This document shows positions 10,573 through 20,444 of a stretch of DNA of 64,000 nt, one piece after another; position 1 is the stretch's first letter, and each line of letters begins with the position of its first letter. The notes under the pieces are model-generated. The model saw only the letters and a program-made list of their open reading frames with translations. It ran no database searches and was not told the DNA's origin. A program made the position numbers and the translations under genes. The stretch is taken from positions 5,277 to 69,276 of the forward strand of contig CAKPDP010000004.1 of assembly GCA_934149105.1 (NCBI GenBank), written 5' to 3'. The stretch is from an uncultured Bacilli bacterium. GTDB lineage: Bacteria > Bacillota_I > Bacilli_A > RF39 > UBA660.

Positions 10573-11853
10573 ATGAATAAACATAAATTTAAATATCTCT
10601 TTATAATAATTCTTTTTCTCTTTAATATTACTCCTCTTAATGCTAAAACTGATTATACTTATATAACTTCTGGTTATCAAGATTATCTAGAGGATCAAGC
10701 TAAAGACTTTCCTAGTGTTAAATCCCATAATATTTTATTATATAATCTAGATGAAGATAAAGTTCTTTATGCTAAAAATAGCACCGATAAAATCTCTATT
10801 GCTAGTCTTACCAAAATCATGACTGCTTTAGTGGCCATCGAAAATATTCCTGATCTAAATAGCCAAGTAACCGTTACTAAAAAAGCTTTTGAAGACACTA
10901 AAGAATATTCATTAGCGGGATTCAAAGTAGGGGATAAAGTAACTTATCTTGATCTTCTCTATGGAACTATTCTCCCTAGTGGTGCCGAAGCTGCTACCCA
11001 ATTAGCCTTATCTGTTTCTAAAACTATTCCTGATTTTGCTCTTTTAATGAATGAAAAAGCTAAGTCCTTAGGTATGACTAATACTAGTTATTCTAATCCT
11101 ATTGGTAGAGATGATCCTAATAATTATTCCACTCTTGAAGATCTGAGCAAACTTTTAAAATATGCCCTAACTAATGAAGCTTTTTCTAAAATATATACTA
11201 GTAAAAGTTATACTACTACCAATAATCTTACCTTTGATAGTACTTTAAAAACAGCCGCTACTAGATATAAATTAAACGTTACTAATATTCTTGGATCTAA
11301 ATCAGGATATACTGATGCTGCAGGCCTTTGCCTATCTAGCATTGCAACCTATAATGGTGTAAACTATCTTCTTCTAACAGCTAATGCCCCTTATAGTTAT
11401 GGTAATCCTCTTCATGTTAAAGATGCTATCAATATCTATAATTATTATTTTACTAATTATCAAAATACAACGGTTCTAAAAAAAGATACTCTAGTCCAAA
11501 CCCTTAAAATAAAAGATGCTTTTACCAAAGAATACTCTATTACCAGTCCCGAAGATATAATCCTTTATCTTAAAAATGATCTCGATCAAACTAAATTAAA
11601 ATATACTTATAATGGTATTGATACTCTAACATCTAAAGTAAAAACTAATTCTAAACTAGGTACTATAACTATTTCTTACGAAAATAATGTTCTCTATACT
11701 TATCCTGTTTACCTAACTACCACTATAAAATATAAACATACTAAATTATTTCTTACACTTTTAGCTCTAATCCTAATCTTTGTTCTAATTCTTAAGAAAA
11801 AACTATCTACCAAGAAAGGAAGAAAAAAACATGGTCACCGTTCTAAAAAATAA
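10573..11853 (+). CDS. Serine-type D-Ala-D-Ala carboxypeptidase (PBP5/DacA family), signal peptide + C-terminal membrane anchor
   Basis: SxxK (ASLTKIM), SxN (SYSN), KSG (GSKSG) active-site triad. N-terminal signal, C-terminal TM + basic tail. Confidence 0.8.
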   Translation: MNKHKFKYLFIIILFLFNITPLNAKTDYTYITSGYQDYLEDQAKDFPSVKSHNILLYNLDEDKVLYAKNSTDKISIASLTKIMTALVAIENIPDLNSQVTVTKKAFEDTKEYSLAGFKVGDKVTYLDLLYGTILPSGAEAATQLALSVSKTIPDFALLMNEKAKSLGMTNTSYSNPIGRDDPNNYSTLEDLSKLLKYALTNEAFSKIYTSKSYTTTNNLTFDSTLKTAATRYKLNVTNILGSKSGYTDAAGLCLSSIATYNGVNYLLLTANAPYSYGNPLHVKDAINIYNYYFTNYQNTTVLKKDTLVQTLKIKDAFTKEYSITSPEDIILYLKNDLDQTKLKYTYNGIDTLTSKVKTNSKLGTITISYENNVLYTYPVYLTTTIKYKHTKLFLTLLALILIFVLILKKKLSTKKGRKKHGHRSKK

Positions 11854-12214
11854 TAAAGGTTTCACTCTAATCGAATTGCTAGCAGTAATTACTATTCTAA
11901 TTCTTATTATGTCCATTGCTATGCCTAGTATTACTTCTCTTTTAAAACGAACTAATACTAAACTCTCTAAAGAAAAAGAACATATCTATCTAAGTGCTGC
12001 TCAAGAATATGTTGAAGATAATTACAATAGTATCACTAGTACTTCTTGTTATATAACCTTATCTACTCTTTATAGTAAAGGCTATCTAACTAAAAATAGT
12101 TATTACCTTTCTGATAATAAAACTGCTCCTGGTTGTATAATTTATACTTACAAAAATAATCACGATACGTATACTTATCAAACTACTACAGTTGGTAATG
12201 AATGTCTAAAGTAG
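11831..12214 (+). CDS. Type IV pilin / pseudopilin (prepilin N-terminal cleavage-methylation domain, ComGC-like)
   Basis: Leader MVTVLKNNKG|FTLIELLAV then hydrophobic helix. Start overlaps the last 23 nt of the carboxypeptidase gene. RBS AAAGGAAG. Confidence 0.8.
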   Translation: MVTVLKNNKGFTLIELLAVITILILIMSIAMPSITSLLKRTNTKLSKEKEHIYLSAAQEYVEDNYNSITSTSCYITLSTLYSKGYLTKNSYYLSDNKTAPGCIIYTYKNNHDTYTYQTTTVGNECLK

Positions 12215-12221
12215 GGAACAA

Positions 12222-13322
12222 ATGTCCAATTTCCTAGGAGCTTATATTCATATTCCTTTCTGTAGTAATATCTGCAGTTACTGTGATTTTTCTAAAGTAT
12301 ATTATAACGAAACCTTATCTTCTAACTATCTAAAATCCTTAGAACAAGAAATTAAAAAAAACTATCAAGGAGAACCTCTAAACTCTATCTATATAGGAGG
12401 AGGCACCCCTACTAGTTTAAACTATCAAGAATTAGATTATCTTCTTTCCCTAACAAAATATTTTAATTTAACTAAAGATTATGAATTTACTATTGAAACA
12501 AATATTGACTGTCTAGATGAAAAAAAAATTCAGATCTTAAAAAAATATGGAGTCAATAGAGTGAGTTTAGGGGTTCAATCTTTTGACCATAAATGTCTCC
12601 AGCTCTTAAATAGAACCCATACTCAAGAACAAGCTCTTGACATAATAAAAAAATTACAAAATAATGGCTTAGATAATATTAATATTGACCTAATCTATGG
12701 TATAATAAACGATATAAAGGTTGTAGAAACAGACCTTCAAATCTTTCTCTCTCTAAATATTCCTCATGTCTCTTGCTATAGCCTTATTATAGAACCCCAT
12801 ACTGCACTCTATTTAAATAATTATTCCAATATCTCTGAAGATATTGAATATAAACAATATAATTTAATAGAGAAAACTCTTACTAGTCATGGGTATAAAC
12901 ATTATGAAATAAGTAATTATGCTAAAGAAAATTATTTTTCTAAACATAATCTAAATTATTGGAATAATGGTAGTTATTATGGCTTTGGTCTTTCTAGTAC
13001 TGGTTATCTTCATAATTATCGTCTTACTAATACCAGAAATCTAACTAAATATCTAAAAGGTGATTATCTTGAGCAAAAAAATTATGAAGATAAAGATCTT
13101 CAGATGTCTAATACCATGATCTTGGGCCTAAGAAAATTAGAAGGAGTAAATCTAACAACATTTCAAAATACTTACCAAGAAGATATTTTCTCAGTTTATG
13201 ATCTAGATAATCTAATCCTAGATAAACTTCTAATTATTACTAATAACCACCTAAAAATAAATCCGCAATATTTATATTTATCCAATGAAATATTATTAAA
13301 CTTTTTAGAAAGGAAATCTTAA
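12222..13322 (+). CDS. hemW: Radical SAM heme chaperone HemW (HemN-like, coproporphyrinogen III oxidase family)
   Basis: CSNICSYC = CX3CX2C near N-terminus, GGGTPT motif, HemN C-terminal domain. Confidence 0.85.
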   Translation: MSNFLGAYIHIPFCSNICSYCDFSKVYYNETLSSNYLKSLEQEIKKNYQGEPLNSIYIGGGTPTSLNYQELDYLLSLTKYFNLTKDYEFTIETNIDCLDEKKIQILKKYGVNRVSLGVQSFDHKCLQLLNRTHTQEQALDIIKKLQNNGLDNINIDLIYGIINDIKVVETDLQIFLSLNIPHVSCYSLIIEPHTALYLNNYSNISEDIEYKQYNLIEKTLTSHGYKHYEISNYAKENYFSKHNLNYWNNGSYYGFGLSSTGYLHNYRLTNTRNLTKYLKGDYLEQKNYEDKDLQMSNTMILGLRKLEGVNLTTFQNTYQEDIFSVYDLDNLILDKLLIITNNHLKINPQYLYLSNEILLNFLERKS

Positions 13323-13324
13323 TT

Positions 13325-14119
13325 ATGCTTAAATTTATTAGTTCTAAACAATTCTTTTTACCAATCATTTACATTTGTCTTGGTGTTATTATCTTTAACA
13401 TCATCTCTAAATTATTAACTAAAATAATCAAAACTCCTATGAAAAAAACTAAAAACATGGAAAAAAAGACTAAGACTGTAACCTCTCTGATCAAAAATAT
13501 AATTAAATATATAATTGCTATTGTTGTTGTTATTGCTATTTTAAATGTCTATGGCATTAGCACTACTAGCCTTATAACTGGCTTAGGTTTAGTAGGAGTA
13601 GTTGTTGGCCTAGCTTTTGAAGATATCGTCAAAGACTTAATCGCTGGTATTGTTATTATCTTTGATAATCATTACGAAGTAGGGGATTATATCTCAGTTA
13701 ATGGATTCATGGGAGAAGTAATCTCCGTTGGCTTAAAAACTACCAAGATCAAGTCTTATACTGGTGAAGTAAAAATAATTTCTAATAGTGCTTTTAATGA
13801 GGTGATTAATTATAGCATGGCTGATTATAAATTGATTTTAAAAATAGCTATTTCCTATAATCAAGATATCTCTAAGTTTGAAAGCTCTATAACTGAATTA
13901 ATACCCGGATTAACAAAGTTAGATGGTGTTAAAAAAGTAGAACTTTTAGGTATTGATTCCTATGAAGCCTCTAGTATGAAGTATGCTGTTGAAATAACTT
14001 GCAAAGCCATGAGTCAATATAGTGTTAAAAGACAAAGCTTAATCTTGATTAAAAAGAAATTAGATAAAGATAATATTTCAATCCCTTATAATGTTTTAGA
14101 TATAAATATAAAGAAATAG
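13325..14119 (+). CDS. Small-conductance mechanosensitive channel (MscS family)
   Basis: Three N-terminal TM helices followed by MscS beta-domain (VGDYISVNGFMGEVISVGLKTTKIKSYTGEVKIISNS). Confidence 0.7.
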   Translation: MLKFISSKQFFLPIIYICLGVIIFNIISKLLTKIIKTPMKKTKNMEKKTKTVTSLIKNIIKYIIAIVVVIAILNVYGISTTSLITGLGLVGVVVGLAFEDIVKDLIAGIVIIFDNHYEVGDYISVNGFMGEVISVGLKTTKIKSYTGEVKIISNSAFNEVINYSMADYKLILKIAISYNQDISKFESSITELIPGLTKLDGVKKVELLGIDSYEASSMKYAVEITCKAMSQYSVKRQSLILIKKKLDKDNISIPYNVLDINIKK

Positions 14120-14122
14120 AAG

Positions 14123-14710
14123 GTGTATAAAATGAATAAAATAGAATATTTTAATAATGAATACAAACATATCAAAAATAAAATTGTTGTTAAAGATTTA
14201 CAATACTTAATAAATTTAGTACCAGATTATTTTTTTGAAATACCAGCTTCATCTACCGGAAAATATCATCCTGCCTATGCCAGCGGAGAACATGGACTAG
14301 TAAGACACACAAAAGCTGCCGTTAGAATAGCAGTCGAATTCTTTAACGATGAAAGTATTTGTAAATTTTCTGAATTTGATCAAGATCTAATTATCATGGC
14401 TTTAGTTTTACATGATAGTTTTAAAAGTGGCAATCCTAAAGAAAAGTATACAAGAGCCGATCATCCTTTATTAGCTTCTCATTTCATAATGGAACATCAA
14501 AAAGAATTGTCCCTTGATCTTGATAGTATCAGAAAAGTATGTAGTATGATTGAATCCCATATGGGTCCTTGGAATACTGACTATAGAACTCATGAAGAAA
14601 TTCTTCCTAAGCCTAAAAGTGCTAGTGAAAGATTTGTTCATATGTGTGATTACTTAGCTTCTAAAAAGTTATTTGAAATAGCATTTGACGGCATTGAAGT
14701 AAAGTATTAA
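14123..14710 (+). CDS. HD-superfamily metal-dependent phosphohydrolase (uncharacterised subfamily)
   Basis: H...HD...H...H...D pattern (GKYHP, LVLHDSFK, ADHP, ESHMG, MCDYLAS). Confidence 0.45.
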   Translation: MYKMNKIEYFNNEYKHIKNKIVVKDLQYLINLVPDYFFEIPASSTGKYHPAYASGEHGLVRHTKAAVRIAVEFFNDESICKFSEFDQDLIIMALVLHDSFKSGNPKEKYTRADHPLLASHFIMEHQKELSLDLDSIRKVCSMIESHMGPWNTDYRTHEEILPKPKSASERFVHMCDYLASKKLFEIAFDGIEVKY

Positions 14711-14728
14711 AATTATTTTTCTCTAAAA

Positions 14729-14757
14729 TTGACTTTCTTAACAATTTATGGTATATT
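14729..14757 (+). promoter_or_regulatory. Candidate sigma-A promoter TTGACT-17-TATATT
   Basis: Read directly. Precedes the 14-aa micro-ORF. Confidence 0.4.
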
Positions 14758-14832
14758 TAAAATGTAATTTATAAAGGCAGTATTCATAAATTATAAGCGT
14801 TTAGAATTGGATAGGAAAGGAGACTAACCATT

Positions 14833-14877
14833 ATGTGGAGTTTAATTTGGAAAATTCTTAGCGGAAGATTTCACTAA
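14833..14877 (+). CDS. Micro-ORF, 14 aa, MWSLIWKILSGRFH (Trp-containing amphipathic peptide)
   Basis: Strong RBS GGAAAGGAGA 8 nt upstream of ATG. Followed by a hairpin. Has its own candidate promoter. Confidence 0.3.
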   Translation: MWSLIWKILSGRFH

Positions 14878-14880
14878 GAT

Positions 14881-14912
14881 AAAGACCAGTTCACAAGAAT
14901 TGGTCTTTATTT
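14881..14912 (+). terminator. Hairpin AAAGACCAGTT-cacaag-AATTGGTCTTT with weak U-tract, after the micro-ORF
   Basis: 10/11 bp stem read directly. Confidence 0.35.
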
Positions 14913-15001
14913 ACCCAAAAAGTGTCAAATTAAATTCTAACTTAACTTTTAATCTTGGAAACTTTTCTATCATCTGTTATAATTATATCAAGGTGATAAT
15001 A

Positions 15002-15685
15002 ATGACTAAGACACAAGGCAAAAATATTATAGTTTGCACACTAACAGTATTAATATATTTCTTATGGAGCTACCTGGTATCAGGACTTACTAGCCTTTTT
15101 AACCTCCAAGGAAACATTAAGTTGTGGATAAGTGCCCTTATTTTTGCAATCTTATTACTCATTTATATTATCGTTTATCACCGCGATCTAAAGACTTCCT
15201 TAAAAAATTTAAAAAAAGATTTTTTAAAAAATAATTTAAGTAGTCTTAAAATATTTTTTCTTGGTTATTCTATCTATTTTATCATCAGTACTCTTATTAA
15301 TGTCTTTTTCCCTGACATCTACTATGTTAATAATACCCTTGAGGGCTTCCGAACCATTCCAGTCTTGGCTATCTTCTTTATGCTAATTTATTATCCTATA
15401 ATAGAAGAACTTGTCTTCAAGCTTTCTTTTAAAAAAATAATAACCAACAAATGGTCATTTGTAATAATAACTGGCTTCTTAAATGCCTTTTTCCAAGTGG
15501 CTCTATCCGCTACTAATACCATTAGCTTAATTATTATTTTATCTGATACAATCTTTTATATGACTTTATCTTATATCTATTTTGAAACTGATAATATTTT
15601 TATTAGCATTTTCTATCGAATGTTATCTAATATATTACCAGTAATTGCTACTTGTTTTTCTATAGCAGGTGTTTTCTTGAAATAA
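15002..15685 (+). CDS. CPBP-family intramembrane metalloprotease (CAAX protease / bacteriocin-immunity Abi family)
   Basis: Multi-TM protein with the CPBP motif-1 PIIEELVFK(LSF). Start taken at MTKTQGK with RBS AAGGTGA (ORF-track start 14900 lacks RBS). Confidence 0.6.
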   Translation: MTKTQGKNIIVCTLTVLIYFLWSYLVSGLTSLFNLQGNIKLWISALIFAILLLIYIIVYHRDLKTSLKNLKKDFLKNNLSSLKIFFLGYSIYFIISTLINVFFPDIYYVNNTLEGFRTIPVLAIFFMLIYYPIIEELVFKLSFKKIITNKWSFVIITGFLNAFFQVALSATNTISLIIILSDTIFYMTLSYIYFETDNIFISIFYRMLSNILPVIATCFSIAGVFLK

Positions 15686-15698
15686 TGGAGGTAATATT

Positions 15699-15854
15699 AT
15701 GGTAACAAAATTATCTGTTTTTAATGCACTCTCCATATTTGGAGCAGTAATTAATGATACCCAAAATACTAATAATTTAAGTATGATCATCGTAGGAATG
15801 ATTATTATAATTTTTATTCTCGTGGGAGCAGTCCTTTTTGCTCCTAAAAAATAG
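15699..15854 (+). CDS. Small membrane protein, 51 aa (MVTKLSVFNALSIFGAVINDTQNTNNLSMIIVGMIIIIFILVGAVLFAPKK)
   Basis: GGAGG RBS 7 nt upstream. C-terminal TM helix. 14 nt downstream of the CPBP gene. Not in ORF track (<60 aa). Confidence 0.4.
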   Translation: MVTKLSVFNALSIFGAVINDTQNTNNLSMIIVGMIIIIFILVGAVLFAPKK

Positions 15855-15933
15855 TAATGAAATGATTAGAAAATTAGCAAAGCGTTTAAATAAAGTTCTA
15901 AATAATCTTTATTTATTATAAAATATGTATAAC

Positions 15934-15959
15934 ATATAACGGCAGTTATGTTTTTTTTT
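15934..15959 (+). terminator. Terminator of CPBP/small-peptide transcript
   Basis: ACATAAC-ggca-GTTATGT followed by a run of nine T. Confidence 0.45.
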
Positions 15960-16378
15960 CCTCTAAAATCATCTCTATAAAATGTCTAAGCAAAAAAAGT
16001 TTTGCCAGTCTATTTGCAAAACTTCACGAAAAATTTATAAGAAAGTAATAGTTAATATAATAAAGATGAGAAACAGTTATGAATATTGGCAAATTAAAAA
16101 GTTAATATTATATCAAAGAGAAAATGGTAATGTTTAAATAGAAGCCTTATATAATTTAGACAAATATGAAAAATATCGTGTGGTACAAGTTCAAAAATAT
16201 ATATCTGATTTTGATAAATTAATATTAGAAACTAAAAATATTAAATCTCAAGACTAAATCTATAAGTTATGAAGATACATTTCACGAGAGTTATTGAGTT
16301 TAATTTAATTGACAAGATAGGTACCAATTTACATCTTTAACTATCCATGATATAATAAATACCAAAAGGAGGGATAAC

Positions 16379-17647
16379 ATGTTTGTTGATGAAGTTAACC
16401 TAGAAGTAGAAGCTGGCCGTGGTGGTGACGGCTGTATGGCCTTTAGAAGAGAAAAATTTGTACCTATGGGTGGACCTTTTGGTGGTAACGGTGGAAAAGG
16501 TGGCGATATCATCTTTAAAGCCGACGAAGGTTTAAGAACTCTAATAGATTTAAGATACCAGAAAAAAATTAAAGGTTCTGCCGGTTTAAATGGTGAAGGA
16601 AAAAATAAAAATGGTAAGAATGCCGAAGATACCATTATTAAAGTTCCTGTTGGATCAACTATTAAAGATGCCGATACCAACCTTGTTATTGCTGACTTAA
16701 CTAAACACGGTGAAGAAGTTATCGTTGCAACTGGGGGTAGGGGAGGTCGTGGTAATGTAACCTTAGCAACTAGAAGTAATCCTTGTCCTTCCTTCTGTGA
16801 ACGTGGAGAACCAGGAGAAGTTCGTGCCATTAAAGTTGAACTTCGTATGCTTGCCGATGTTGGTCTAGTAGGACTACCTAGTGTTGGTAAATCAACTATT
16901 CTCTCTATGATTTCTAATGCTAACCCTAAAATAGCCTCTTATCACTTCACTACTCTTAGTCCTAATTTAGGTGTTGTTAGAACTAAAGATTATAGTTTCA
17001 CCGTTGCTGATCTTCCAGGACTAATCGAAGGAGCTTCCACTGGTCTAGGCTTGGGCCATAAATTCTTAAAACATATTGAAAGAACTAAAGTTATAGCACA
17101 TATAATTGATATGTCTGGTCAAGAAGGACGTGATCCCTATGAAGATTATCAAGTAATCAGAAAAGAACTAGAAGAATTTAGCCCTAAACTAATTACTAAA
17201 CCTGAAATAATAATTGCCAATAAGATGGATTTACCAACATCAGCTGCCAATCTAGAAGAATTTAAGAAAAAAATAACTAGCCCCATCTATGAAATATCAG
17301 CTTTAAATAATACTGGCCTTGATAAAGTTATTGAAGAACTTAAAGAATTATTAAAAACTATCCCTGATGATATCTTATTTGATAAAGAAGTTCAAGAAAA
17401 ACATGTTCTTTATAAATTTAAACAAGAAAAACCATATCAAATAACTAAAGAAAAAGATGCTTATGTTATAAGTGGTAAAGAAGTCGAAAGAATATTCAAG
17501 ATGATTAACTTTAATACTGATGAAGCCATTAATAGATTTAGTCGAAAATTACGTAAAATGGGTATTGATGACGAATTAGAACAAATGGGTATTCAAGAAG
17601 GAGATATTGTTAAAATTCTTGACTATGAATTTGAATATACAAAATAA
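16379..17647 (+). CDS. obg: GTPase Obg/CgtA
   Basis: Gly-rich Obg fold (GGDGCMAF, GGPFGGNGGKGGD), G-domain GLPSVGKST, C-terminal TGS/OCT-like extension. Confidence 0.9.
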   Translation: MFVDEVNLEVEAGRGGDGCMAFRREKFVPMGGPFGGNGGKGGDIIFKADEGLRTLIDLRYQKKIKGSAGLNGEGKNKNGKNAEDTIIKVPVGSTIKDADTNLVIADLTKHGEEVIVATGGRGGRGNVTLATRSNPCPSFCERGEPGEVRAIKVELRMLADVGLVGLPSVGKSTILSMISNANPKIASYHFTTLSPNLGVVRTKDYSFTVADLPGLIEGASTGLGLGHKFLKHIERTKVIAHIIDMSGQEGRDPYEDYQVIRKELEEFSPKLITKPEIIIANKMDLPTSAANLEEFKKKITSPIYEISALNNTGLDKVIEELKELLKTIPDDILFDKEVQEKHVLYKFKQEKPYQITKEKDAYVISGKEVERIFKMINFNTDEAINRFSRKLRKMGIDDELEQMGIQEGDIVKILDYEFEYTK

Positions 17648-17732
17648 TTAAAAAACTAGTCTAAATAATTGACTTGTTTTTTTAATCTGTGCTAAAATTA
17701 AAGTATAAAATAGAGTAGTGAGGTGTAATACT

Positions 17733-18497
17733 ATGGAAACAAGTAGATATATAAAAAGAGATAACGATCGTAGTTTTTATTTAAATAAATTTAAAGTAAC
17801 TCCTGAACTTGTGAAGGATGATTTCTTTCAAGATTTTCTAGATACTGCTAAAAAAGTAAGCACAGGCCTACCAGATCAAGAAAGTTTAATACCTTATTTA
17901 ATATCTTATAATAAAGATCCAGATAATCCTTATAAATATACAAGACGAGTGGTTTTAGGAACTCCTAGTCGATCTAAATTTTTAGCCTTAGTTCCTACTG
18001 AAGATAATAAATTTACTCCTAAATTTGTCCCTTTATCTCAACTAAAACGTGATTATGGCCTTCAAATATCTCTTCGAACTGAACAACATTTGTTTTCTAC
18101 TACTAGTTCTGTAAGCCTTGTTGATAGTGGTAAATATATAGATAAAGATACCGGTAGAGCTATTAGTGATCTCCGTGCTGATACTTACCTTAATTTCTTA
18201 GATTATTACTTAGAAAGAGAAAAGAGTAAACCTTACTTAAGAGAAGCTGCCGAAATAGATACTCTAAATATTCCTGTCTATGAACAGCCACTAAATATCG
18301 ATGGTCAAAAAGTTCCCGTTACTAGATTTGTAGAAGGTGCTTTTGAAGGACCTGGATATCAACCAGAAGAGATTCAACCTGCTAAACATAAAGCCTTTGA
18401 TTGTTTAAAAGATCTGGAGCCTAAAGAAAAGAGTAATGTTATCGATATTACTCAGTATATGCCTAAGACAACTCCACATAGAAGTGGTCGCAAATAA
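17733..18497 (+). CDS. Hypothetical protein (no recognisable domain)
   Basis: 254 aa from ATG with GTGAGGTG RBS. Soluble, charged. No motif I recognise. Confidence 0.5.
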   Translation: METSRYIKRDNDRSFYLNKFKVTPELVKDDFFQDFLDTAKKVSTGLPDQESLIPYLISYNKDPDNPYKYTRRVVLGTPSRSKFLALVPTEDNKFTPKFVPLSQLKRDYGLQISLRTEQHLFSTTSSVSLVDSGKYIDKDTGRAISDLRADTYLNFLDYYLEREKSKPYLREAAEIDTLNIPVYEQPLNIDGQKVPVTRFVEGAFEGPGYQPEEIQPAKHKAFDCLKDLEPKEKSNVIDITQYMPKTTPHRSGRK

Positions 18498-18587
18498 TAG
18501 TAAAAAAGTGTTAAATAGTATTTACCACTTTTTTAATTTTTGTTATAATTAAACTAGAAATAAGATAGAAGAAAGTGAGTTGGCATT

Positions 18588-20384
18588 ATGGTGTTATGTT
18601 TAAGATTAATAGGATTATTATTTATAATTTTATTACTAATAGTTTTCTTTAAAAAAGATAAATTAAATAAAACTAATAGTAAAATTTTTAAAAGATTAAT
18701 AATTCTAAATTTATTAGGAGAAATATTAGTTATAATTATTTCTAAATTTAATTCTAATGTTATTTTAACTAAAATGTTTTTAGGATATCAACTAATCTTT
18801 TTGATATGGTATTTTTTATATATTTTTTCATCTAGTCGTAAAAACAAGTATATAGCAAGTGATAGTACTTATCAAAAGTCCTTAAATAATATGATGATTT
18901 TAAGCTCTATATTGACAGTAATTTCTATTGCGTCCCTTATTATTGCTCCTCTATATCTAACTCCTATCGCTGGTCTAGCCCTAAATATTACCTTTATTGC
19001 CTCTTTAGTAATCTTAATGTTTAGTTGTTTTTCTCTAACCATAAATATAAGTTACTTCTCTCAAAAACAATATCTAACCCTTTTATTAATAACTCTTTTA
19101 GAAAGTGCTTTCCTTCTTTTGGGTCACTATACAGATATTATCATTGAAGCCTTAGGTGAAACCTTCATCTTATATCTTTTATATTTCTTTATTGAAAATC
19201 CTGATCTCAAAATAATCAATAACCTAACCCTTGCTAAAGAACAAGCTGAACGCAACAGCCATGAAAAATCGGCCTTTCTAACTAATATGTCCCATCAAAT
19301 TAGAACCCCTATTAGTGTTATTGATGGCTTAAGCCAATTAATTGAAAATGAAAGTGATCTAAAATTTATCAAGGAAAACACTAAAGACATTCGTGTTGCC
19401 TCTAAAAATCTTGTTGATCTTGTTAATGGTATCCTTGATATCTCACTTTTAGAATCTGGAAGCATCAAAATAAATAATAAAAATTATGAAACCTATGAAA
19501 TGTTTGAAAGTGTTATAGAATTATCTAAATCGATGGTTATTAATAAAAAAGTTGAAATAAAATCCAACATAGCGGACAATATTCCTACCGTTTTATATGG
19601 TGATTCTGAAAGAATAAAACAAGTCTTATTAAATCTTTTAAGTAATGCTATTAAATTTACTAAAGAAGGTTCTGTTGAATTAAAAGTAACTGCCACTGTC
19701 TCCGGGTCCCTTTGTCGTTTAAAGATGTCTGTTAAAGATACAGGTATTGGTATCAGTAAAGAAAATATTCATAAAATCTTTACTAAATTTCAAAAACTAA
19801 ATGATAATAATAATAGTGAAGGAAATGGTCTAGGTCTTGTTATAACGCAAAACTTAGTCGAGCTAATGAATGGTAAAATTGATGTCGAAAGTGAATATGG
19901 TCTAGGTTCTATCTTTACTGTAATTATTGATCAAAAAATAATTTCTCCACTTACTAAAGAACAATTATTAAAAAATAAAACTACTAAAGAAGTTAAAACT
20001 TTTGATGCTAAAGATAAGAAAGTTTTAGTTGTCGATGATAATAGATTAAATCTTAAAGTAGCCTCTAAATTATTATCTTCTTATAATATTGATGTTACAA
20101 CATGTAATAGTGGTGAAGATTTCTTAGAACTAATTGATAAAAATCAAGACTTTGACTTAATCTTAATGGATGATATGATGCCTAACATGAGTGGTGTTGA
20201 AACTTTAGAAATATTTAAAAAACAAGAACGCGTTAGTGGTTTCTATATCCCCGTTGTTGTCCTAACTGCCAATGCCGTAACAGGAATGAAAGAAGATTAT
20301 CTAGCAAAAGGTTTTGATGATTACCTAGCTAAACCAATTGAAAAACCAGAATTAAATAGAGTATTAAAAAAATTTTTGAAATAG
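18588..20384 (+). CDS. Hybrid sensor histidine kinase / response regulator (multi-TM sensor, HisKA, HATPase_c, REC)
   Basis: H-box SAFLTNMSHQIRTP, G-boxes DTGIGIS / GNGLGLV. C-terminal receiver with DDNRLN...DLILMDDMMP. Confidence 0.8.
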   Translation: MVLCLRLIGLLFIILLLIVFFKKDKLNKTNSKIFKRLIILNLLGEILVIIISKFNSNVILTKMFLGYQLIFLIWYFLYIFSSSRKNKYIASDSTYQKSLNNMMILSSILTVISIASLIIAPLYLTPIAGLALNITFIASLVILMFSCFSLTINISYFSQKQYLTLLLITLLESAFLLLGHYTDIIIEALGETFILYLLYFFIENPDLKIINNLTLAKEQAERNSHEKSAFLTNMSHQIRTPISVIDGLSQLIENESDLKFIKENTKDIRVASKNLVDLVNGILDISLLESGSIKINNKNYETYEMFESVIELSKSMVINKKVEIKSNIADNIPTVLYGDSERIKQVLLNLLSNAIKFTKEGSVELKVTATVSGSLCRLKMSVKDTGIGISKENIHKIFTKFQKLNDNNNSEGNGLGLVITQNLVELMNGKIDVESEYGLGSIFTVIIDQKIISPLTKEQLLKNKTTKEVKTFDAKDKKVLVVDDNRLNLKVASKLLSSYNIDVTTCNSGEDFLELIDKNQDFDLILMDDMMPNMSGVETLEIFKKQERVSGFYIPVVVLTANAVTGMKEDYLAKGFDDYLAKPIEKPELNRVLKKFLK

Positions 20385-20444
20385 TAAAAAACAAATGATT
20401 ATTTCATTTGTTTTTTAAAGAAAATATCCTTAAGGAGTGATAAT

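Noticed and set aside
16300-16830. 176-aa minus-strand ORF rich in Pro/Leu
   Set aside because: Lies entirely antisense to the Gly-rich 5' part of obg. Composition is the mirror of GGN codons. No RBS. Shadow ORF.
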